Assembly (NCBI GenBank): GCA_051453625.1
Contig: JBOZIK010000001.1
Span: 45,846,160-45,910,159 of the forward strand
Reading direction: 5' to 3'
Length of the DNA stretch: 64,000 nt
DNA from: Welwitschia mirabilis
Taxonomy: Eukaryota
Part shown: positions 1-11,939 of the stretch, piece by piece
Position numbering within the stretch: the stretch's first letter is position 1
How the letters are laid out: each line of letters opens with the position of its first letter
The notes under the pieces: model-generated
Seen by the model: only the letters and a program-made list of their open reading frames with translations
Told to the model about the DNA's origin: nothing
Database searches by the model: none
Program-made: the position numbers and the translations under genes

Positions 1-529
1 CTTCATCTTTCTCAAGTATGTGATCATGTGGGAATTTTGTGTTCAAAAACAAAAAAAAAGAGAGAAAAGAAAAAAAGAAAGAAAGAAAAAAAGGAAGTAA
101 AAAACATGATGTCCTATTGCAAGTACATCGAGACAAATATTTTTGAGAGGAGCCTTTGGTAGTGTAATATGCTAACTGTGGAAACTTCACTGGGGGGTCA
201 GTTGATCATGCTTCATAGGTCTTTACTCCTCTGATAGTGGTTGCACTTCCTTTATCATGGCAAAAGAAATAAAACCCTTAGTATTCCCACTTGATCATTT
301 CACTTTTGGAGATTCCGGTAAGTTTGTAGGTAGAAATAGATGAGTCCATTTCTCAGTAACTTTTGGTTTTAACTTTTATTATTCTACACACTTAACACTT
401 TGGATATCATCATAACCACTGCCTTTTCGAATGAAATTTATGGAGTTAATACATTTTGTCATGTATATTTGCTCAAGTGATGTTATGATGTTTTCCTTTG
501 GAGTTTGCTATGTTAGTACTTATGATAGG

Positions 530-1060
530 TAAACAATCTTCTCTTTGTTTCTTATGTCTATTTTTACTTTGATTTTCTTCTGTTTTCGAGTCTCTTATTT
601 CAAAGTCATTTTTGCATTTTTATATTTTCTCTTAGGACTTTAATCATTTAGTTTTTTTTTAATTGTTTACTTATAAGTCCCTTATTAGTTATTGAGNNNN
701 NNNNNNNNNNNNNNNNNNNNNNNNNNNNNNNNNNNNNNNNNNNNNNNNNNNNNNNNNNNNNNNNNNNNNNNNNNNNNNNNNNNNNNNNNNNNNNNNNNNN
801 NNNNNNNNNNNNNNNNNNNNNNNNNNNNNNNNNNNNNNNNNNNNNNNNNNNNNNNNNNNNNNNNNNNNNNNNNNNNNNNNNNNNNNNNNNNNNNNNNNNN
901 NNNNGATAAACAATCATCTTTTTGTTTCTTGTGTCCATTTTTACTCTAGTTTTCTTTTATTTTTAAATCTACTATTTCAAATTCATTTTTGAATTTTCTT
1001 ATTTCTTCTTAGGACTTTAATCCTTTATTAGTTTTCTTACTATTCAATTATGAATTTCCT
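530..1060. repeat. Diverged direct repeat (~150 bp visible per copy) either side of an N gap
   Basis: TAAACAATC..TTTGTTTCTT.TGTC.ATTTT...TCTTAGGACTTTAATC occurs at ~530-650 and again at ~907-1025 with many substitutions. Confidence 0.7.
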
Positions 1061-1708
1061 TATTGGTTCTTGAGTTCTCAACTCTCTCATGCTTTTATTT
1101 TCCTGTTTGAGCACATTTATTCTTTCTTTCTTATAGATTTTCAACCTAGATAGTCTATTTTCTCTCGCCATAGTTTTTCCTTTTTTATGTGCTTTTAGTC
1201 TTCTGTCTCTTTCCTTTTCACGATTTAGCAATTTGGGACATATTGCATATTTTAAGTGGGGGGCAAAGAACAAATATTTTTAGTATTCTTAAATATTTTT
1301 GAAAATTTATGAGAATCATTATTGTAGGTCCTTCTTCTAAGCTAGTTGCCAAAATAGGATTCATTAATTTTTACATGATTATCTTTTTATTTGAATGTTT
1401 ATCATAGTGGAGGGCTGTTTATTAGTCTTACTTAATTAACAAAAAAATTGATTTCTGTCACAAGTTCCAGTTTTGAAGATCTTTTGAGGAGCTTATCGTC
1501 CAGATGATAGTACCAGATGACTGACTTCTAATGCTTAGCAGGTATGTCTGATCAGTTTTTGAATTTTTCAGAAAGTCAGTCTATTATTGGTATATGTTGC
1601 AAATCTTTTCCAGATGCTTTCTTTAGATATCCTAGCTATTTTTATTATTTGAAACATTAGCTTACAAATGTGGTTTACTACCTGCTTTTATCAAGGACTG
1701 ACAAGGCT

Positions 1709-1718
1709 AAGTGAGGGG
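1709..1718 (+). other. Polypurine tract (PPT)
   Basis: AAGTGAGGGG lies 3 nt upstream of the LTR start at 1722. Confidence 0.7.
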
Positions 1719-1721
1719 CTA

Positions 1722-2827
1722 TGTTGTATTGCTAACTTACATGTATTTGATAAGATATTCTAAGTTGTTTTGCAGGTAAATTAGCACATAAATGCTTAGT
1801 TCTCATGATAATGGAGAACAGGGATGAAAAGGATGAAAATATGCAATTTTTAGATAAATTATAAGCATTTGGCACAGATGTGGATAAATGACATTTTGGA
1901 TAATGATTCCTACAAACAACAAAGCGATCAGACTGACTAAAGTTCGATAAAAGACCATCATCCACCTCATTGTCCAGACGTCAGTTGTAGATGACATCAT
2001 CAATAGTCAACAACACTCTATATGCAGTTCATAAGTAGTTTAACTAAAGTAGATCAAGAGATCTATCTATCAAATAACATCGTCTTATATATCATCCAGA
2101 TGACTAGTAGAATGATACTGTTTTCTTATACTTTCATCAAATGTTTGCCTGAGTTGTCACCACTTTATTGTGACTTTTCTTTACATGTTAGCTAGGGTTT
2201 TTTCTATACTCTTCTATTAGTTTCCCTTTCTTTTTTATCTATAAATAAGGGTCTCCCCCTCAATCTCTAATCATCTTCGACAGTACCTGACATACCCATG
2301 AAAGGAGATCATGAGATAGGAGAATCATTCTATAATTGCAAAGAGACGTTACCTTAGTGTTGGGTGGTGTTTTCTCTATTGAGGAGTAGCTACTTTATAA
2401 TACGAATGTTGCATGCATTTTAATATGAATTATCTTCTTTTGTGTTTAATATATGAATGAACTTCTCCCTCATAGTTTATGTTATCTAAGATTCGGTGAT
2501 AAGCTTCTTTTATTATATAGATTATGAGGGCAACATTTATCAAGGTTGAGCTTAGTTAGTTTAAGTGCATCCTTATTTATTTTCTTAGATTAGTTTTGCA
2601 TAAGAATGTTTTATTTCAATTTCATGCATTGCAATTTATTTCAGTAGATTAGGGTTACATAATTTTCTCTTAAAAGCAACTATTTTATTTCCATACCTTA
2701 GCCTTCGATGGAATTATGACATTCGGATCACTCCCATCTATACTAGTGTGTTATGTTTGGGCATATTAATTGTGATTAATAGGATTCAGCTCAGGACATA
2801 AACATTGCATAAATATGCATCATAATA
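1722..2827 (+). repeat. 3' LTR (family A)
   Basis: Starts TGTTGTA. First ~650 bp align with 19974 onward. TATAAATAAGGGTCTCCCC TATA region at ~2240. The end CATCATAATA aligns with CACCGCAACA at 5899-5908 (deaminated CA end). Confidence 0.8.
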
Positions 2828-3716
2828 AATCACTAATTCATTTTTTACTATTTTATAAAGCAAGCACTAATTCTTTGATGTTGACTATATGTTGGAGGAG
2901 ATATTCATCATTTTCTCCATTAAAAATAGGATGTGCATTTAAATTTTTTAACTTGACATCATCATTAGGAGGTAGACCAAAATAATTTTGGATTTTATAC
3001 TTTGTATTTGTAATTAATTCTTTAAGAGTAATATTAGCATTTGGATTTATGAGGGTAGTAGAGATTTCTATCATGATAGAAGAATCAAGTGAAGCTACTT
3101 GTTTCTATTTTTATATAGAATTCAACATTGTAATAGAACTATTTTCTTTTAAACTTTCTTTTAAAACACTTTCTTTGGAAAAATTAAATTCAAAATAATA
3201 AATGTATAAAAATCTTCTTTCTCAATTATTAGAATATTTTACATACTTGAGATCTACATACTTGGGTTAAGTTCATAGTTGATAAAACCTTCTTAGATGT
3301 TCTCTTTAATCAATAGGCTCTCTCTTTGATATTTTATCTTTTTACTTAATTTTACCATGTTCCATATGCTCAATTCTATTTTTATAGATGTTGTCTCTGT
3401 GGTCATCTAGACAATGTAGTTGGATGTTATAAAAACATAAAAAATTGAAAACAAAAAATGTAGAAAAATAGAATTGTGAAATAACATAAAATAAAAACTG
3501 ACAATCATCCTCTAAGTTATCTAGATGATAGAGGAGATAATAGAAAAATTACTAGTTCTTATGAAAATGAAAAATCCTAATATTCATAGGCTATCATTAC
3601 TATACATCATCTAGATGATGATGTGGATGGTAGGGCATTATTTTTGGAATGAAAATAAAAAAATGTGAAAATAAAAACCTATAATTCTATAATAAAGATA
3701 CAACACTACTGTAGAC
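2828..3716 (-). pseudogene. gag: Athila-like gag N-terminus plus 5' UTR remnant, cut by the family-A element
   Basis: ORF 2853-3074 (TLKELIT...YFGLPP...HPIFNGENDEYLLQH) resembles the Athila gag N-terminus (LPxFxG..NEDP..H). The upstream sequence resembles 21400-21750. Confidence 0.55.
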
Positions 3717-3816
3717 NNNNNNNNNNNNNNNNNNNNNNNNNNNNNNNNNNNNNNNNNNNNNNNNNNNNNNNNNNNNNNNNNNNNNNNNNNNNNNNNNNNN
3801 NNNNNNNNNNNNNNNN

Positions 3817-5150
3817 TTTATTAGCAAAGTATTGAGAAAACCTTAAATAAAAAATCACATCTATTCTACCATTCTAATGATGCCATTGTATAAGATCTAT
3901 TTGTTGTAATCCAACTTGAATATTGAAATCTCCATAAATGAAAACCTCCTCTTTTGTTTGAAAGTTTGCAATATCTTCTTATAAATGTTCAAAAGGAAAA
4001 TCTTTAGATAATATTATTATGATATAAACAGATGATTCTCTGAAGCAAAATAACGAATAGAAAGATAAACATAGCTATAATGATGATGAATTTTCAGCCA
4101 AATATATTATTCATATTAATTTACCTTTTTAATTTTGGCAATATGCTCTAAGAAACTATGAATGAGACATGTAATGCCTTTTACTAGTCTAACTCTTCTA
4201 CCTACTGTACTATTTTTTATAGAGATAATAATAAAATTTGTAATAGAAAAAATCTTAGATCCATCATCTTCCCAAGTTTCTACAAATATAAAAATATCAA
4301 AACTATTCAAGAAATTAATGTTGTTCAAAGAAATAATCCAGCTTGTAATTCCTCCATTAATGTTTAAAACTCCACAATGTAAAGAATTTATGCTTTTTTT
4401 AAAAAAAATTTCTTCCTTAATTACCACTATATTTCATGCATTTAAATATGCAAACTTACCTTCTTCGCATGATTTTTTCACTTTCTACCATTCTTTAGAC
4501 TTTTTAAGGAGTTCTATTTTTGTCAAGTCCTCATTAATTCATATTTTTTTCCCTTTAAGATTATTGTGATTGTGTTAAGCCTTGTCTCTTATAAAAATAT
4601 CTTGTAATCAAATGAGAATATGATGAGGTTTTTCTCCTTTTTGGTAAACCTTGGAAGCATCTTGAAATGATTGCTCTAGAATGTGCATTTCTTCTCAAAA
4701 AATTTGAGAAATATCAGTCATTAAATCCTATTTATCTTTTTTAGGAAGCTTCACCAATCATATGTTAAAATATTTTTCTTGTTTTTCTTTCATTGCTTCA
4801 CACATTATAGTATTCCCATCTACTTTCTCTTCTAGCTTAGATTAAATAGAGCATATCTTTTCTTCAAACATCTTTAATTTTAATACACCTTATAATTTCT
4901 ATTCAATATTCATAATCTGTATGAATACCTCACAAATCTTCAAGGATTATTATGAGAGCACATAGATCTATGCATTTAAACTCTAAATGATTGTTTCCAT
5001 ATTAGCTATTTTCAACTTCATTGCAACCCATTCTAATTTGAAAATTATTATCTTTGTTATTTTGAGAGGAGATTTTAAATATTTAATACTATCTTCAATG
5101 ATTGAATTAATCACTTTTTTTCTGGATTTCTCTGGCATTCAGAAAGGCTA
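3817..5150 (-). mobile_element. Non-LTR retrotransposon (LINE) fragment: ORF1 C-terminal half plus APE endonuclease N-terminus
   Basis: Minus-strand translation KPHHILI*LQD...LKGKKI*INEDLTK...GKFAY (ORF1 RRM/CTD-like) runs in frame into LNINGG...DIFIFVETW...GRRVRLVKGI (EEP/APE motifs I-II). Confidence 0.7.
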
Positions 5151-5657
5151 GTCAAATGCATTAGAGATAGTTCTTTTCATCTTCTTTCTTTCTCTCTTTC
5201 TATAAAACAAGGATAGTCATTCCTTATTGCTCTTTCTTAGATCTCAGAATCATGACCCTTCTCTTTTATATAAAGTCAGTGTCAGGTGAATGCATCCTAA
5301 GCTAAGTAAATAGAAATTTTTTAATTGTTTACCATTATGTAGGTTGATTACGTTTAGCTACACTTTTTATTTTTAGCTAAGTTCCAGTCTTTACACTCAC
5401 TTGCCTTCACCACCACTAACTACTCTTTTTTGAACACTCTATCTATCACTATTGGTCTCTACTTTAAATGCATCTTTACCATTGGTCAGCCTCAGTGATG
5501 CTAATAGCATTATCTCCTATAATGGTATCTTTAAAGAGCATCATGGGTAAAGTAGAANNNNNNNNNNNNNNNNNNNNNNNNNNNNNNNNNNNNNNNNNNN
5601 NNNNNNNNNNNNNNNNNNNNNNNNNNNNNNNNNNNNNNNNNNNNNNNNNNNNNNNNN

Positions 5658-5908
5658 TGTTATTTATTTTCATAGATTAGTCTTGCATCACTATTTTATT
5701 TCCATGCATTGCAATTTAAATTCAATAGATTAAGGTTACGCATTTCATTTCTGAAATCAACACTTTATTGTCCATACCATTGGCCTTTGATGGAATTACG
5801 ACATTCGGATCACTCTGTCTATACTAGTGTGTTGTATTTTTCATCTTAATTATAATTAACAGGATTAGAATCGAAATGTGAAACATTGCACAAATACACA
5901 CCGCAACA
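5658..5908 (+). repeat. 3' end of a family-A-like LTR (rest in N gap)
   Basis: Aligns with 2590-2827, including the Athila U5 motif GATGGAATTACGACATTCGGATCACTC..TCTATACTAGTGTG. Ends CCGCAACA. Confidence 0.75.
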
Positions 5909-8900
5909 ACTATAACTCAATCTAATCATTGGCTATAATAAATAGTGACATGTTAGCAACTTACCATTTAATAACCAATTTAAAGTCATGGAAAATCAAG
6001 TTAATGAAGTGTTTAAAAAACATCATTCATCATAATGAGGGGAGTGCAACCACTACTAAGAGCATAAAGATCCATAAGTAAAAGCAAATCATGACCAACC
6101 GACATCTTAGATTTTTGAGTCTTTAAAAAAATATTTATCATTCCTTATTCCTATTTACATTAAGATGACCCACTCTACAGTGTGTTTTTAGTATCAATAG
6201 TATTTAATTTAAAAGCTAAAAATAATATTTTATTTTCACAATATTTGACTCACAATCAATATACAGATTTTCAAAATTATAGATTGGGTATATGTAAGTC
6301 TAAGCTTTAAGTTAAAATAAAATATTTGCAATGTTATATTATTCTTAGTATATTTCAAATAATATCTTGTGAGGTATTTTAGGTAAATTTGAACTTTATT
6401 TTATTACTAGATTAACTTTCATTATGCTCTTGCCATACATAAAAGTACTTTCACACACTTTAAAAAAAGAATATAACTTTATCTTATTTGATTAGGGTCA
6501 TTTAGATTAATTTTCAATGATATAAAGAGAAATTTATTTATGTGTAACTTAGGCCATTATCTTTCTTTTGAATTTATTTTATCTCTATAATTAATAATTT
6601 AAATTCTATTGAGATGTTACTACATTGGAGTCATTTTCTTGCCTAGGCAAAGTAAAATATAACCTCATGAAAAAAAAATATCGTAATAGTTTAGTGCTAG
6701 AAGAAGGGTCATAGACATAATTTTAACATCATTTGATCACCCAAAATCACAAATATAATGTTGTAAAAAACACTCATGACATAATACCCATGAATAGCTA
6801 ATATTTTTAGGATTTAATCAGCAAAGAGTAAAGGGAAGTAAAATTTTTGAGTTATCATGTTAAGTATTCCATATTTAATGCATTTTTTCCACTATACTTT
6901 TAGTCTAGTTGGTATAATCTTATTATTTTCATTCTTAAATATGGTAATTCCAAGCTTTTTAGAGATTTAGTTTTGTCATATCCCATATTTTGTAAACCTT
7001 ATTTACTTGAATATTAAGTATATTAATCTTTTATTCAAATGATTAATTATCCTTATTTAAAGGCCTTTTCAAAGTAAAATGTCATTTTAAATTAACTTAG
7101 TTTGTAAATTTCATAATTTACTATGAATATAATGAAAATTATGTTAGAAGGTTTTTTTTGAAAAAAGCTATCAAAACATTAAAAAATAGAGAATCCCATT
7201 TTGATGAGGAATTAAAATCACATTATAAGACTAATATATTAAAAATTTTAAGAGGACATAATAATATATTTTGCATCTTATTTAAACTCTTGTTAAATGT
7301 GACAGGTGTACTATATTGTGAATAAACATTTTTTCCTTGTGTTATATGCTTGATAAATTTTTATGCATTTTGAAATAAATGAACTTTTGAACAAGTAGAT
7401 GCACGGTCACCTAAAACTAAGAATGATAAATGAGTAGATTTACTCTACTATGACTTTTATCTTCTTGAGATATGTAAGGGCACTTAGTTCATAGCATACT
7501 CATTGTTTAATCATTGAAATTGAAGAGTTTTTCTCATGATGCAATACGAAACTTTTGATATTTATGCATTTATTTTTTTGATGCATGTCTTGGATTAATT
7601 AAACTTACTTATAAATCTATGAAGGATTATAAAGGAGATAGTATGAGGAAATGATGCATGTAATTAACCTTATTGATTAAAGTAAGATGATTACTCACCC
7701 TAATTAAGTGCATGAGTTATAAATATGATCTTTTTTGTATTCAAATGTAACTTATTACTCATCCCACTTATCAATGCTAAATCATATGATTTTGTAATCT
7801 TGAGCTATGTGCCTTTGTTTATTTATATATAAAAATCCTTTTCTCTCTTGTAAAAGGGGATACTTTTTGACCTTATACAAGTGTATTTCCTTATTTTTTC
7901 TCTCTTTCTTTCATTTTCTTAGTTATAGAGCTTAGAGCTCAGAAGCTTGGAGTTAAGGAACTCTTGAGCTTAGATATTCATCAATCTTCAACTATCAATG
8001 ACTTACTAAACTTCCCAAGTAAGCTCTTTGTTCTTATTATTTAGGTGATTTCCTTTAAGATTCTAGTGGAATTATGTGATATTACATTAGGGAATTATTT
8101 ATGGTTTTTATGCAATTATGTTATAAATATTATTCCCTCCCATTAGTTCTCATGANNNNNNNNNNNNNNNNNNNNNNNNNNNNNNNNNNNNNNNNNNNNN
8201 NNNNNNNNNNNNNNNNNNNNNNNNNNNNNNNNNNNNNNNNNNNNNNNNNNNNNNNNNNNNNNNNNNNNNNNNNNNNNNNNNNNNNNNNNNNNNNNNNNNN
8301 NNNNNNNNNNNNNNNNNNNNNNNNNNNNNNNNNNNNNNNNNNNNNNNNNNNNNNNNNNNNNNNNNNNNNNNNNNNNNNNNNNNNNNNNNNNNNNNNNNNN
8401 NNNNNNNNNNNNNNNNNNNNNNNNNNNNNNNNNNNNNNNNNNNNNNNNNNNNNNNNNNNNNNNNNNNNNNNNNNNNNNNNNNNNNNNNNNNNNNNNNNNN
8501 NNNNNNNNNNNNNNNNNNNNNNNNNNNNNNNNNNNNNNNNNNNNNNNNNNNNNNNNNNNNNNNNNNNNNNNNNNNNNNNNNNNNNNNNNNNNNNNNNNNN
8601 NNNNNNNNNNNNNNNNNNNNNNNNNNNNNNNNNTTATTTATGGTTTTTATGTAATTATGTTAAATATTATTCCCTTCCATTGGCTCACGCTAAGACACTA
8701 GGAAGATATGAGGGATCTCTTGTGCTTGGTGATGTGGGTCATTAATAGATGATTACAGCCAAGTGACTAGGGGATTTACTATTTTTAAAAAAAAGGAAAT
8801 TTGGGTACCCATGTTTATTTTAATATTATATTTTTATTTATTATGCATTAGTTTCATCTTATTAGGGGCAAAATCTAATCCTCAAAATTCTCATTAGGCT

Positions 8901-11900
8901 AGTACTCTTTCATGGAAATCCTAAGGCTCATAGTAAATAATTCTTTTTGAATTGATTTGATTTTTAACTCTATAATGGTTTAAATTAATTAAATTAATGA
9001 AGATATTTTATAAATAATTAGTTAGTATATCCATTATTTTATTGATGTAAGTTATTTCTTAACTAGTTGTGAAAATGTTATCATTTTTTTGTTATGACAA
9101 AAATTAAATTTCTAGAATAGAGGCTTAAGATAAGAACCCCATAGCTTATTAAGTAATAGGTATAAATTAGTGAAATGATTTTTGTAAGTCTAATATTTGT
9201 TATAAATGTAAAAATGTAAAGATAGTAATTTTTTGATGGGTAATTATTTTTAAAAAAATATTTATTAAAATATATTAGAAAATAAATGCAGAAAATAATA
9301 AGCAAGTAATTTATAGTTTTGTAACTATCTATTAATATATCTGCAAACTTAAGCATCCTAAGTTGTAGGAAATTGAATAATTTTTTGAAAACATCTTGAA
9401 TTATTTAAAAACTCAAAGTATTTTGAAAGTTATGGTTATTCTAGTGCAGTGTGGTAGGATTGTAATTTCAGAAAATATGACAATATTTAACCTTAAATGA
9501 TAAAGTTAGAAATAATACTTTTATAATTACAAGATANNNNNNNNNNNNNNNNNNNNNNNNNNNNNNNNNNNNNNNNNNNNNNNNNNNNNNNNNNNNNNNN
9601 NNNNNNNNNNNNNNNNNNNNNNNNNNNNNNNNNNNNNNNNNNNNNNNNNNNNNNNNNNNNNTGTTATAATTAATGTTTTAAATTATATAAAAATTATTAC
9701 ATGAAATTTTATATGAAATTCCAATATATAAGATATGTTTTTATTAGTAATGTCAAGTTAAATTACCTATAAATAGTATTTTATTTGTAGAAATACCTCT
9801 TTTACTTTTTATTATTTATCATACTTTTAACGTGTATGCTTGTAAGAGTTTTTACCTTAGTAGTTTAAGTAACATAAATAGTCTCTAACTTATCACTTTT
9901 TTCATTGACTCATAATATAAACATATAAATCTTAGATAAAGATTTATATCTTAACAATTATACTTGGGCTATATTTTCTTTTGTTTACCTTTTTCACACT
10001 AATCTATGAAGATTATCATATGATCATGGAAGAATATCTCTAGGATTGACATAGCTCTAGTTATGTTTTAATTTCTTTAAGTACATTATTAATATGTGAT
10101 TTAATACATTTTGAATATTTTTATTATTATTGAAAGAAAACAAATATTTTCTTTGTTTAGATTTTCATTATTGTAATCTTAAATACAGAGATGTTTTTGT
10201 ATGCTTGTCTTCTTTTTCTATTTGTTTCTATAAAATGAATCTAATAATGATTAGAATTATTATAACTAAGTAACTAACCCATTAAATATTCATATTAGCT
10301 ATAATTATATGCATGCATTTGTGTATGTATTTATTGAGTAAGACTAAATTAAGATAATTCTAATAATATTCATTCCCACACTTGGACTTCATTACCAAGG
10401 TGGATTGCATTGCATTTTTTTATGATACCCTTTTGAAAGTAGATTTGATCATCACTCACTTGTCCTAACCATGTATGAACTTACTCTAACCTAATATCTC
10501 GATCCCTTGGCATTGATGGATTATGCTGCACTATCTGAAGATGCTTCAGGGAAGTAGGAGTTATTTGTAAGTATGCATTCACCTCACATACTGCCTGTCA
10601 CCTCTATTGAGGGTATATCGAGGTGAAATTAAATTCTATATATTTGAGCCCAACCATGTTTGTATAGTGTAGAACTTGAAGTAAAAATAACTTATGTCCC
10701 GATAATTGCTAGATATTGAATTGGAATGCAACAAATTGGAATTGCAATCTTCAATTTGATTGGTTAGGCATTATCCTTAAACTTAACTATGTGTGTTTAT
10801 AATAAGTTTACATCTCCTCAATTGTTCATAAGATATTTTTTTATGTGATAAAAATCTTGGAAGAAATGGAGGGCACAAACTTATAACATCACTATTATTT
10901 GTAAACCAAAATAATCAAGAAATTAGTTACAGGTAAACATATAATATTAATATGATTTATTTTTCTTAAAATATAGAAATGCTAATAAAGATATAAGTAA
11001 AATTTGATCCAAGGTTCTATTGTGTCTACTAGGTAATAATATTAAAGAATGAAGGGGGGGGGGGGAAGAAAAAAAAATATAGTGCTTAATTAGAATAAGA
11101 GAAGAGAGGGTGTTACAAGTTTTAAGTATAACTAACCTATTTACTATAAAAGATAGGAAAAATAGTACCAACATCTAGTGACTTCAGAATGAACTTTAGT
11201 ACTACTAACTTCATATGAGGTTTAAGTCTATGACAAGGTTTGGTACTAGGCTTAGTATTTATTTTTTATTTTTAGGTAAACCTATACATANNNNNNNNNN
11301 NNNNNNNNNNNNNNNNNNNNNNNNNNNNNNNNNNNNNNNNNNNNNNNNNNNNNNNNNNNNNNNNNNNNNNNNNNNNNNNNNNNNNNNNNNNNNNNNNNNN
11401 NNNNNNNNNNNNNNNNNNNNNNNNNNNNNNNNNNNNNNNNNNNNNNNNNNNNNNNNNNNNNNNNNNNNNNNNNNNNNNNNNNNNNNNNNNNNNNNNNNNN
11501 NNNNNNNNNNNNNNNNNNNNNNNNNNNNNNNNNNNNNNNNNNNNNNNNNNNNNNNNNNNNNNNNNNNNNNNNNNNNNNNNNNNNNNNNNNNNNNNNNNNN
11601 NNNNNNNNNNNNNNNNNNNNNNNNNNNNNNNNNNNNNNNNNNNNNNNNNNNNNNNNNNNNNNNNNNNNNNNNNNNNNNNNNNNNNNNNNNNNNNNNNNNN
11701 NNNNNNNNNNNNNNNNNNNNNNNNNNNNNNNNNNNNNNNNNNNNNNNNNNNNNNNNNNNNNNNNNNNNNNNNNNNNNNNNNNNNNNNNNNNNNNNNNNNN
11801 NNNNNNNNNNNNNNNNNNNNNNNNNNNNNNNNNNNNNNNNNNNNNNNNNNNNNNNNNNNNNNNNNNNNNNNNNNNNNNNNNNNNNNNNNNNNNNNNNNNN

Positions 11901-11939
11901 NNNNNNNNNNNNNNNNNNNNNNNNNNNNNNNNNNNNNNT

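Larger units (their letters stand above)
1..2827 (+). mobile_element. 3' part of an Athila-like Ty3/gypsy LTR retrotransposon (3' non-coding region, PPT, 3' LTR)
   Basis: Athila-type internal motif TTTGGGACATATTGCATATTTTAAGTGGGGGG at ~1232-1263. The pre-LTR motif AGGACTGACAAGGCTAAGTGAGGGG is followed by TGTTGTA at 1722. The LTR is homologous to 19974-21091. Confidence 0.8.

Noticed and set aside
4162-4569. 135-aa plus-strand ORF
   Set aside because: Antisense shadow of the minus-strand LINE ORF1/endonuclease.
5280-5557. Possible host exon
   Set aside because: No recognisable protein motif, stops in the plausible frames, and it ends in a gap.
6000-11290. LTR-like features (TATA with TGTAAAAGGGG near 7830-7860, repeat at 8095/8635)
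   Set aside because: Probably TE-derived, but termini, PBS or PPT could not be defined, so no feature was called.
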